From Amoebophrya sp. A120 (taxonomy: Eukaryota > Protista > Dinoflagellata): DNA of 64,000 nt. The position numbers and the translations under genes were made by a program. The DNA lies in the NCBI GenBank assembly GCA_905178155.1, contig CAJINV010000008.1, forward strand, positions 1,736,001 through 1,800,000, in the 5' to 3' direction. The notes under the pieces were generated by a model. It searched no databases. It saw only the letters and a program-made list of their open reading frames with translations, and was not told the DNA's origin. Positions 1-9,016 of the stretch are shown here, piece after piece; positions within the stretch are counted from its first letter, which is position 1; the number at the start of each line of letters is the position of its first letter.

Positions 1-2277
1 CATAAAAATGAACCTACTGATGAACTTAGGCATGAGAAGAAGTGCCGCTGGTCGCTTTCCCTCCTCGATTTTCAGCCATCCCATCAGCAGTTTAAGGATC
101 GGATACAACAAGTCGAGACTCGGATGGAACCAGGAGACGAACCGCGCCATGTACTCGGGTGTTTGGGCGAAACAATCCCAGTTGGCGAAGTCAAGCAAGT
201 ACTTTTCGCAAATGGCGTCACTTCCATCCCGTAAGGCCATTGCGTCGAGCGTCGGCGGACCGCCTAGCCTCGCAAAAATCGCGTCCCTGGTGCGCTTTTT
301 TAGTACTTTGTTCGGAAACAAGTCCTGCAGTTCGGCTTTCATCCTGAGTCGAGACAGCATATCGGCGACCACGTTGAAAACACCTTTCAAGTGGAGGGCA
401 ATCAGGGAGATGCCATACTGCGAAAGCAGAGTGGCGATCCGCCTTCCAATGGTCGAAAGTGTTTTTACATTCCCGACATAGAAGCTCAAGTAGTGCCGTG
501 CGCATTTGTTGTCGGTTCTGACGAGCAACAAGGAGCCTGCCAGCTCTGGCGCCGCCAGCTCGAAAGCTTCGCTCCACATCGCAAGTTCTCGCTTGTTGGA
601 CGACGACGCCGCACCGTCGATGGACCGGAAACCGTCTTTCCACCGCCTAGTATCGGAACTCGCCGTCACGCCCCATCCTTTTTTCGAAGCATCTCCCTTG
701 AGTTGTGTGATGGCCTCCGGCGGAATCCTCATCACTGCTTCTGGGTCGTCAAGCAAATTCGGCACGAACAGGTAGAGTTTTTCATCGGTTCTCTTGTGGA
801 TCTTCAACTTGGGGATTGCCTGGAGGGTGTCACGCCACCAGTACCAGTCATCCAGCAACTCGTCCGTAATGGCGATTCGTGGGTTCGCCTTCTTGTTTCC
901 GCGCGTCCAGAGTTTCACGGCACCCGACAGGGCCAAGGAGTCGTAGGAATTTCTCAAAAAGATTCGCCCCATACGTACAACAAATGTAGTAAAGGAGAGT
1001 TTTCCAACTACCGTACACAGGTGCTTGGCCTGCACGTACTTCAACCGCAGCGCGGTCAGGATCAGCTCTTCGAGTTCGGCCAGAAATTTTTTCCTCTTCG
1101 CGTCTTCCAGGAGAATGATCAGCTCGTCGGTGTGGATGGTGAAACCAATCCAATCAAACCTCATTGAAGGATATATCATTTTATCGAGCTTCTTCACTTG
1201 CCACTCATGCAGTTTCACACCGATGGCTTCGAATATCATCCTAAATCGCATCATGGCTTTGTAAACAGCTTCAAAAGAGGTTGGATTGCTTTCGTCGGTC
1301 CCCCTGAAATCGTCGACGAAGTCGAAAACTCGGATCTCCGGGTAGAGGATGCGCAGCACCCTGATACATTCCTTTATCGAACCATCGTTGACCCCGGGGG
1401 AAATCGCGAGCCCCATGCTGGCATAGAGTAGGCTGATGACCCGCCGTACTTCTGTAGAGGCGTTTTCCAAATCGTTCCGCGTCGCGCCTTGTTCAACAGC
1501 TTCGTCAATGTCGCTTGGTAATCTGGGGTCGTTCAACCCAAGTAGTCTTCTACTCAGGGCAGCTATAAGCCAATTCCAGAAGCAATCGGTAGCGTCCGCG
1601 CCAAACGCGTAAGCGTTTTGGACGAGTACACTCAGAAAATCTTCGATGCTCTTGTATTCCGTAGGTACTGGCACCAACAACTCGTTCAAACCCACCACCG
1701 ACAGGTCGCACACCATTCGCGGCCTGTGCTCCTTGATGATGATGTTCGCGGGCGACGCCGACAAATTCGGTGGCCCCGCCGACCGCGGACCCCAGGCAAT
1801 CGCCTTGCCTGTGTCAAGCAAGCGCTTTGTTTCAGCACTGGCAATTTCTTTGTGGTCTGATACCGTGGGGAAGTCTGGTCTGTCGTATGCCGGCTCGTCG
1901 CTGCTGATTGCGGTTTCGCTCAAATACGCACCTTCGGCAGAAGTTTGGAGCACGAAGCCCGCCAACCAGTGGCGTTTGAAGTAATCCGACACTTGAAGCT
2001 TGTTGATGGCCAGGGGGTTGATGGAGAGCGATTTCCATGCCGCCTCGTCCTCTTTTTTTCGAAAATCGTCCCGCGGTCCCGGTTGCTCTTCCATGTACTT
2101 CCGTACTTCCTCGCGCGAAACGGGTATTTTCCTGCCGTTCCACCATGCGTCGTTGATCGGTAACTGCTCGATTCTCTGCGTGACCTCGGACCTGATCTCC
2201 CCGTCCCACCTGGGAACAGCAAGACAGAAACGCCTCGTGCGTTCGACGATCTCATTTTGTGATAACTCGATTGGCAT
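1..2277 (-). CDS. Reverse transcriptase - RNase H - DIRS-type methyltransferase-like polyprotein (3' partial, >759 aa)
   Basis: Manual translation from ATG 2277 (MPIELSQNEIVERTRR...) is open to base 1. RT motifs: PRMVCDLSVVGLNE, AFGADATDCFWNW, ASMGLAISPG, FDFVDDFRG (FVDD at 1309-1320), FDWIGFTI. RNase H motifs: KGDASKKGWG, SSNKRELAM, LLVRTDNK, ALHLKGVFNVVADMLSR. These are followed by GPPTLDAMA...WDCF...SWFHPSLDLLYPILK, resembling the DIRS MT domain. Confidence 0.93.
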   Translation of the reverse strand, partial: MPIELSQNEIVERTRRFCLAVPRWDGEIRSEVTQRIEQLPINDAWWNGRKIPVSREEVRKYMEEQPGPRDDFRKKEDEAAWKSLSINPLAINKLQVSDYFKRHWLAGFVLQTSAEGAYLSETAISSDEPAYDRPDFPTVSDHKEIASAETKRLLDTGKAIAWGPRSAGPPNLSASPANIIIKEHRPRMVCDLSVVGLNELLVPVPTEYKSIEDFLSVLVQNAYAFGADATDCFWNWLIAALSRRLLGLNDPRLPSDIDEAVEQGATRNDLENASTEVRRVISLLYASMGLAISPGVNDGSIKECIRVLRILYPEIRVFDFVDDFRGTDESNPTSFEAVYKAMMRFRMIFEAIGVKLHEWQVKKLDKMIYPSMRFDWIGFTIHTDELIILLEDAKRKKFLAELEELILTALRLKYVQAKHLCTVVGKLSFTTFVVRMGRIFLRNSYDSLALSGAVKLWTRGNKKANPRIAITDELLDDWYWWRDTLQAIPKLKIHKRTDEKLYLFVPNLLDDPEAVMRIPPEAITQLKGDASKKGWGVTASSDTRRWKDGFRSIDGAASSSNKRELAMWSEAFELAAPELAGSLLLVRTDNKCARHYLSFYVGNVKTLSTIGRRIATLLSQYGISLIALHLKGVFNVVADMLSRLRMKAELQDLFPNKVLKKRTRDAIFARLGGPPTLDAMALRDGSDAICEKYLLDFANWDCFAQTPEYMARFVSWFHPSLDLLYPILKLLMGWLKIEEGKRPAALLLMPKFISRFIFM

Positions 2278-2428
2278 TTTCTAGTCTGTGAAAATACGCA
2301 ATGACAGACGACCAACGACAAGATGAAGCGACACGCAACACCAAATCACGGCTGACGCCACCCGATCGCCCTCACAAAGTGAAGGCGCCTGGCCTTGGCT
2401 TCAATTCTGGCTCAATTTTACTTGTTAT

Positions 2429-4825
2429 TCAGTGAAGCTTCCTCTTTTTCAACATGTCGATTTTGTTCAAGACTTCTTTCGCTTTTTCCGAGTCTACAAA
2501 AATGTCAATTCTGTTCATAACAGGGCTCCTTCTCGTGCAATTTTCCATTAGAAGCGACCATTTCACTTTGTTGAAAAGATCGCGATCGTTCGGGTCGAGC
2601 ATGTGATACACACTTTCGATATCTTTGAAATGCACGTCAGTCCTCAAATACTGAAACTTCTTCGCCACCTCCAGAATCTGCTTGCTCCCCTCCAATGGTG
2701 CTAAACCCCGGGCGATGGCTGCGATTTTGGTCGTGGTTTCCATTGCTTCCAGCGCGTACTTGGCCGCGTTCGCAATCTGGGCCGGTGTGGACTGCGCGTA
2801 GATGCCATCTATCATCTGCTCCGAAGCCCATCCTCCTAGTCGCTGCGCCAACTGCCTGTCACCTTTGGCGAAAATTTTCGCACCAGAACCGCGCAACGAC
2901 AGTCGTTTGCGCCCTGGTAGGCCGGCCATGAGAAGCGCACTGCGCACCGTATCGTTGATCCGCTGGTTTGTCATGGGCGTGAAGGTCTTGGTCTTTGTGT
3001 TAAATGACGTGAGCAGCAGCTTACATTTCTGCGATTCCGCGTTCTTGTTGTACCTTAACGAGACAATGTCGAGGTCCTTTTGGTTGTTGCAGTCCGCCGT
3101 CGTGATTTCCGGGTACTTGAATGCGTGCTTCTCTTCTAGTCTGCTTTTCAAGCTCTCCAACGCCTCGAGCAAAAAGAACGGACTTGGTTGCAAGGCGCTG
3201 GAGTCAGGTACTACAGCGTAGGACCCAACGCCAAGTCTGTCGGTTTTCGATTTCCTGATATGCAGCTTCAGACTGTCGTCCTCGCCTGAAGTAGCCCCCG
3301 CATCTGCTGTTCGTAGGTACTGTAGTTCTGATTTCCGCCTTTCGCCGAGTACGCCACACCTCAGCAGCAACATGGTTCTGACCATGTTGGCAGCCGAGAC
3401 CAAGGAATTCTTGTTTTCTTTTGCGAAGGAATACTGCGCCATCTGCTGGTCGTCCCAATTCCGTATTCTGTAGGTCCCCGCGAACTGTGTCCAAAGATCT
3501 CGCGTCTTGTGGAACAGCGCTGCGTTGATTTTGGTCAGTTCTTCCCAGGTGATGGATGTTTTCGTGTGTTCTTCGCTTTTTCCGTGGTAGCACTCCAGCT
3601 TGATCGACATTCGCAGCCGCATCACCGCCGGCGTGAAGAGCGACCTGTAGTCCAAATTCGGCACCTTCGATTCGTGGTGAAACTTGAACGCGGACAGCAA
3701 CTTCGAAAAATACGTCCATCGCATTTTTCCCGCCCCTGCCGGCGCCGTCGCGTTCACCACCCCGTGGCCTTTTGCTAGTAGTGCGTGATACGTGGTGTAG
3801 GTGATCAAGGCCAAGTCTTCGGAAGATGTGACCGGGAGCAGGCTGCTTGGTAGCTCTGCTGCCGACATCGCCGTCTCGATCAAACTCATGTATGACGCCT
3901 CCGTTGTTTCCGCGACCGATCTGCTCCGCATTTCTTGCATGGCGATTTTCACACTTTCGTATGCTTTTTCGCCCATTGCTTCTTCCAAATTCTTCGGGTT
4001 CTCCACCATTTTTTGCCAAGCTGGTACTCTCTTTTGATCGTTTGTTTTTTCCTTTGTTTTCTTTTTTGTAGTTGCCCAGTGGTCCCGAGCGAGCATGACA
4101 TGCCCATCATGCAAGTGAACAAAGGAAGAAGCATGCACAAGGATGTCCATCATGACGTCGATCAAAGTAGTAACCAGAGGCCTTGCCGAAAGTCGTGGCT
4201 TTGTCTTGAAGATGTCGAAAGCCGCGTCTTTTGCTTTGTCGATTGCCGCCTTCAACAGGCCCGGTAACCCGTCTCGTTTCGTACTGTCCGAGCAATTAGC
4301 TTCTACTTCGTTCATGTTGAACTTGTGCTGCGTCTTCTTAACGTCGAATGCCTCCACTGCAATATTCCAGAGCTCCTCGTCAAATTTTCCTTCGGTCATG
4401 CTCCCCAACGCACTGATTGCGTCAAGTTTTGGGTCAATTTGTTTCGTGTTCTGGGTGGAAGATGAACTCGGTTGAGCCGTCGAATCGTTGATCAGAATGT
4501 TGCCAAGGCCGGGGACGATTGCTCTTCGTTTCGCCGGCCGTAGTTGTTCCGGTGTGTCGAGTCCTGCTGCTTTCGCCTGCATCCGTTTGTATCTCTCCGC
4601 CGCTGTAGGTTGTGGCGCCTCAGCCACTGGGGACACCGCGCGCGGGAAGAGTGGCTGCTCGCCGCTATCCATGCTGTCTCGTCTCGCACTTGCCATGTGT
4701 CGTGCGTCTGCGCCTAGGCGCATTAGAAGCTCCTCACTCTTTCCGTATTTTTCAATGAAGGCCTGATCCGCGGCGGCATCAGCAGCCAGCTCTTTAGCTG
4801 ACGCTAATCCCTCAAACTCGCTCAT
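2429..4825 (-). CDS. Tyrosine recombinase/integrase of the retrotransposon (~798 aa from the first ATG)
   Basis: Catalytic-domain motifs GERRKSELQYL (R), LHIRKSKTDRLGVG (K), RLSLRGSGA (HxxR-like), LGGWASEQMIDGIY (W, Y). Long N-terminal extension. The ORF track start at 4897 is a TTG. Confidence 0.9.
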   Translation of the reverse strand: MSEFEGLASAKELAADAAADQAFIEKYGKSEELLMRLGADARHMASARRDSMDSGEQPLFPRAVSPVAEAPQPTAAERYKRMQAKAAGLDTPEQLRPAKRRAIVPGLGNILINDSTAQPSSSSTQNTKQIDPKLDAISALGSMTEGKFDEELWNIAVEAFDVKKTQHKFNMNEVEANCSDSTKRDGLPGLLKAAIDKAKDAAFDIFKTKPRLSARPLVTTLIDVMMDILVHASSFVHLHDGHVMLARDHWATTKKKTKEKTNDQKRVPAWQKMVENPKNLEEAMGEKAYESVKIAMQEMRSRSVAETTEASYMSLIETAMSAAELPSSLLPVTSSEDLALITYTTYHALLAKGHGVVNATAPAGAGKMRWTYFSKLLSAFKFHHESKVPNLDYRSLFTPAVMRLRMSIKLECYHGKSEEHTKTSITWEELTKINAALFHKTRDLWTQFAGTYRIRNWDDQQMAQYSFAKENKNSLVSAANMVRTMLLLRCGVLGERRKSELQYLRTADAGATSGEDDSLKLHIRKSKTDRLGVGSYAVVPDSSALQPSPFFLLEALESLKSRLEEKHAFKYPEITTADCNNQKDLDIVSLRYNKNAESQKCKLLLTSFNTKTKTFTPMTNQRINDTVRSALLMAGLPGRKRLSLRGSGAKIFAKGDRQLAQRLGGWASEQMIDGIYAQSTPAQIANAAKYALEAMETTTKIAAIARGLAPLEGSKQILEVAKKFQYLRTDVHFKDIESVYHMLDPNDRDLFNKVKWSLLMENCTRRSPVMNRIDIFVDSEKAKEVLNKIDMLKKRKLH

Positions 4826-5173
4826 GCTGTGCCAAAGAATTGCGTGGACACGAGCAACATCGCTCGGAAACGCAACCAACGAGTTCTTTCCGAACAAGTC
4901 GGAACCAAGGCACGGCCGGAGTCAATTCAATTCATAGTTTCTGTTCATGGTTGTACAAATGTCTGTCGTGTGCTCAATTCAGTGCTCTTTTTTTCCAATT
5001 TTCAGCTCTCAACTCCTTGTTTGAGGATTCATTTGTGGTATACGCAGAGCCATCTTGGGATGCGTATACCGGGGTAGGCTGTTGTTAAGTTTTTTTCTAA
5101 AAATGAAAACAATCAAATAAACAAAAACTCATATCGCAGTCATATTTCGATTTTGTCGTAATCATTTTTCCAT

Positions 5174-8009
5174 TCACTTCTGCACCACTTCGGTACACTG
5201 GTGTGGCCATTTGTCCTCGTGTAGTTGTTTGCAGCGGGAGCAAATTCCGTAGAAGGGGTTGCCCATGGCGGCGCAGTTGCGGTAGGCGTGTTTCTTGATA
5301 CTGCAGTCCCGGATCCAACAATTCCGGCAGGCCGCATCATTTGGTCCAAAATAATGATCCCAAAAGAAGAACATGGCGGTTTGCGATCGGGAAGCCGCCC
5401 GCTTGACGGCATCCACATTGTCCTGCTTGCGGAAAGAGCGGGTCTTTTCAGCTCGTTTGATCAGCGGTGTGAAGATGGCATCGACGTCCTTGTATTCCTG
5501 AGTCTGCATGTACTTGTCGTATTCTTCCTGTGTAATCGTACCACCTTTGTTCTTTTTCAACGGGGTCTGCAACGGCGTCGTTGTGTTACCTCCGCCCGGG
5601 GTTTGCAATACGTCTGTTGTTCTTTTTCTCCTGTCCTGGTCTTTCGCGTCCCTCACCGACTGCTCCGCTCTCCGATTGGCCTCCTCCAAGGTGATGTACT
5701 TCCCTTTCGACAGTACCATCCCGGAACCGGCGCCGGTGACCTTGTCCAACATCTGGGATCTACTTTCGGCTACTTGTAGTTCTTTGTTGTACAATGATTT
5801 CCACAATGCCGCTTCGACACTTGAGGAAGCTGATTTCAACATCAGTTTGGGCTTCTGGTACAACTGGCGGAGGAGGGTGTAGACCCGGCTGCGCGCGGCC
5901 TCGTCTAACTTGTCAACGTTGATGTCTCTGGTGTTGTCCGCAAGTTTTTTCGCCGTCGTTATGCTCGCGGAGAGCCAGCCCCGGCGGGCGACTGCCTAAA
6001 TTCCCGCTATTTTTTGAACCGCCCAAGCCCTAGCCTGGGCGAGCAAGCCCGCCCCGGGCAATAGGCCGAGGCGGGCCGCCTCTGCTGGGGACACAGGCGG
6101 GGCGCGGGCGACTTGCAGAACGCAGACGCCTGAGCCCATCGCCGGCGACCCGCCTGAAAGGCGCAGTGACGAAGCAACTGCGCCGCCGGCCCTTTCAACC
6201 GTTCTTGACCACGTCCCGAAATTTTCTAAGTTTGCGCCTAAATTTCAGAGCAACGGCCGACATAGGCAAAATCGCACGCAAATAAAAAAACTGGGCAAAT
6301 TAGACAAAAAATAGACAGCAGCCGAAGCTGCCAAGGCCGCTTTTTGGACAGAAATTAGACAGGAAAATAAAAAGGAAAATAGACAGGAAAATAGACAGAA
6401 AAATAGACAGGAAAATAGACAGAAAAATAGACAGGAAAATAGACAAAAACTTAGACAGGAAATTAGACACGAACTTAGACAAAAACTTAAACAGGAAACA
6501 CACGCCCCCGCAAGAGCGCCGACTGTAGGAAAAATAGCGGGAAAATAAAAAGCCTGGCGCCGGGGGCGGCTCTCAGTGAGTTATGCTCCAGACTTGCTCT
6601 TTCACTTGGGAAGCTATAAATAATATTTCGTCTATTAATGCGATCGCTAGCGTCTTGGTGTCTTCTGATCCAAAAAGTCCTTGTTTCTGCAGGTAGAAGT
6701 TCCGCATGTCCTGGTAGACTTTGGTGAACGAGTCCAGCGAAATTTTACCACCGAATTGCTTCGCGACGTGGTCGTCTTTACTGTCCTTGATTCCTAAACT
6801 CACCCCGAATGGTAAGTGTCGCCTCGTTTTCGTGATGGCGTCTTTCGCCAAGCTTTTCAAGGCTTCGGAACTGCCAAACATGTCGTCCGCTGCGGCTACT
6901 GCTTCTCGACTCTTTCTCGCCTCTTTTGCGTATGACAGAACAACCGAGGACTCGCTTTCCTTAAGTTGCTTCTGAAACGCCGGCAAGAGCGGGTACTTGA
7001 TGGCCTGCTGCGCCAGCAAGAGCTGCTCAGCCGCACCCGCAGAACTTCGCGCTCGTGCACAGACGACGGCGAAATTGCAGGCCAAGGTGATATCTGAGTA
7101 TTGTTTTCCACAATAAACAAACCCACCATCGGGTCAGATTCATGTTTATGCAGTGTCAATTCATGTTCGTTAGCAAATGTTCTTACCTTGGATCGTTTCA
7201 TCGGTTAGTTGTCCGCTCAGTTCTCGGATCACCGGCTTCAGCTCGGCACCGCCCGCGAGTAAATCGACTTGTTCACAAAACTGGCAGCACTTGCTCGTGG
7301 CGCTCGGGAAGATGACTCTTGTCGCTGGGATTCTGGTTGTTGCGCAGCCGGCGCATGCCGCGGCTGCGTCGCATCTGTCGCAGATGATGGCTGGTCGTCT
7401 CTGCATTTCCGTTCGTTTGAACTTCCTCGTACACACGCAGCATCCTACTTTGTCGATTTCCTCCTTGTACTTTTGCTTCGTCTCCTCCATCTGTTCTCCC
7501 AGCGTGGTCTTGTCCGTACCAATGGCGTGCAGTTGTGCTAGCAATTCTTCCTTCTTGTCTTCCGCAAGTTTCTTTGCTCGCTCGAGAAGGATTTCTTGTG
7601 ACTTTTTTGCTTTCAGCTCGGACTCCATCTTCTCGATGCCCTTACGCTGGCCGTCGGCCATCTGCACCATGCGCAAAAGGAGCTCTTTGTCGACTAGGTC
7701 TTTCCGTGCTTGGATCCTTTTCTTGTGCAGAATCTTCTGGTAGTCCGTGAACGCTGCTTCGTCTGCTGCTGTAACCACAAGGGCGATGCCTTGTTCAATA
7801 CACTCGGTTTCTAGTTCCTGCGTCAATTTTTTCTGGTCGTAAACGTCGACTTGCGTGATCATGGTGAAGTCTGCGCTCGTCGGTTCGAGCACCGTATGCA
7901 TCAGGGAGTCGATGCTGGCTTGTGCTTGCTGCTTGGCTGTCAGCGGTAGTTGCGGTGCGGCTCCTGCGCCCGCAGCCGCGCCAGCGCCTTCTGTTCCGCT
8001 GTCTCCCAT
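5174..8009 (-). CDS. Gag-like protein (~706 aa), three pieces: 8009-7187, 7093-6587, 5964-5174
   Basis: Removing the GT-AG intron 7094-7186 gives ...ETIQ/DITLACN. Removing 622 nt between the GTTATGC(TC) direct repeats gives ...QVWSI/TTAKKLADN. Both joins are in frame. N-terminal coiled coil plus an 8-Cys finger; C-terminal CRNC..H..C and CSRC..H..C knuckle-like motifs. Confidence 0.8.
5965..6579. mobile_element. GC-rich TIR element (MITE/introner-like) inserted in gag, with a 7-9 bp target duplication
   Basis: Direct repeat GTTATGCTC at 5958-5966 and 6580-6588. Imperfect ~50-bp TIR: TCGCGGAGAGCCAGCCCCGGCG...TTCCCGCTATTTTT versus the reverse complement of the right end, TCACTGAGAGCCGCCCCCGGCG...TTCCCGCTATTTTT. 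Confidence 0.85.
6349..6498 (+). repeat. 12-bp tandem repeat (consensus AGGAAAATAGAC), about 12 copies, inside the TIR element
   Basis: Directly visible; produces the spurious (FLSI)n ORF 6300-6503. Confidence 0.95.
7094..7186 (-). other. Canonical GT-AG spliceosomal intron (93 nt) inside the retrotransposon gag gene
   Basis: Minus strand CAAG|GTAAGAAC...AATACTCAG|ATATC. Contains in-frame stops; removal fuses ORFs 7170-8009 and 6573-7085. Confidence 0.85.
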
Positions 8010-9016
8010 CTTGGTTTCAATTCAATCCTATGGTATCGATTTGTGAGGGAAGATGAATGTGGCGGCCACTTAGTGCTTCTAATCCACATCACCTCAAGAT
8101 CGCTCGATCAAGAGAAACTGCACACGTTGCAGTGAGAAAAAAACGCGCTCCTCTCATGCGGCACGTGCAATACGTGCTCAAACAGCAGAGCGCTCACTCA
8201 ACGCTCTAATCTCTCAGATCAATCCCTAGCCAACGCGGGCACCGGTGGGGCTCCGGTGCTACTGATTCAACGCACGAACCAGCAGGGCTACCCGAGTGAT
8301 CTCTGCGATCACAAGAACAACAGTCTAGATTTACGTTTTCACTTTACACGCGGGTATCGCAAATTCATTCGTCTGAGATCGTATCTTTGGCGATCCTTCA
8401 CAGCCTAAATGAACACCTACCAACAAGAAGAAGTCGTGCACTAAGTGACCAGAAACAGCATGAGCAAGACACGCAACATGCAGAAGGGTTTCACTTCGAT
8501 GATTTACAGAAACGTCGTGGTGATGCAGTGCGAAACGAAATCGTAGTGGCAGACGCAGCGAAGTAAATCACGCAAAGGTAAAGAGCGTATCTCGCCGGCA
8601 GAGCGAAGAAAAGAAACATTTCTTTGGAACGAACAATACCCTTGTGGTCGTAACTAGCGGCACGCGTACAACTAGCTGCAACAGTAACAAATTTACAAGT
8701 GCTTTTAAAACACGAGCGTAAACAAAATACAAGGCACAACGTTCTACAATTGACAGTGAGTTGTAGGCATTCCTGCTTTTACTTTGTTTCGGTACATTTT
8801 TTGGTTTTCGGTGTACGACGGTCCGACACTGATCATATATTTTTTGAAACGCGAACGTTGTCAGTATCAATTTCCTTTTTGATTACAGGCTGCGGCGGCT
8901 GCTCGTCCTGGAGCTGAACAGCTATTGTAGCCGGGGGAACCAGCTGTCCAATCACGCACGATGAAAGAGAGGAATCTAGATAGCAAGAGGACGGTATTAG
9001 TAAACGTACAAGCTAC

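Larger units (their letters stand above)
1..8500 (-). mobile_element. Tyrosine-recombinase (DIRS-order) retrotransposon, ORF order gag - YR - RT/RNaseH/MT; 3' part runs off the window, 5' boundary approximate
   Basis: Three co-oriented ORFs: a Cys/His-rich gag-like gene (8009-5174), a tyrosine recombinase (4825-2429) and an RT-RNaseH-methyltransferase-like ORF (2277-<1). Termini not resolved. Confidence 0.9.

Noticed and set aside
8-2321. Many short ORFs listed over 1-2300
   Set aside because: Shadow frames of the long minus-strand RT ORF.
6300-6503. (FLSI)n ORF, and the repeat as a possible CRISPR array
   Set aside because: Translation of a 12-bp tandem repeat; no spacers and a eukaryotic context.
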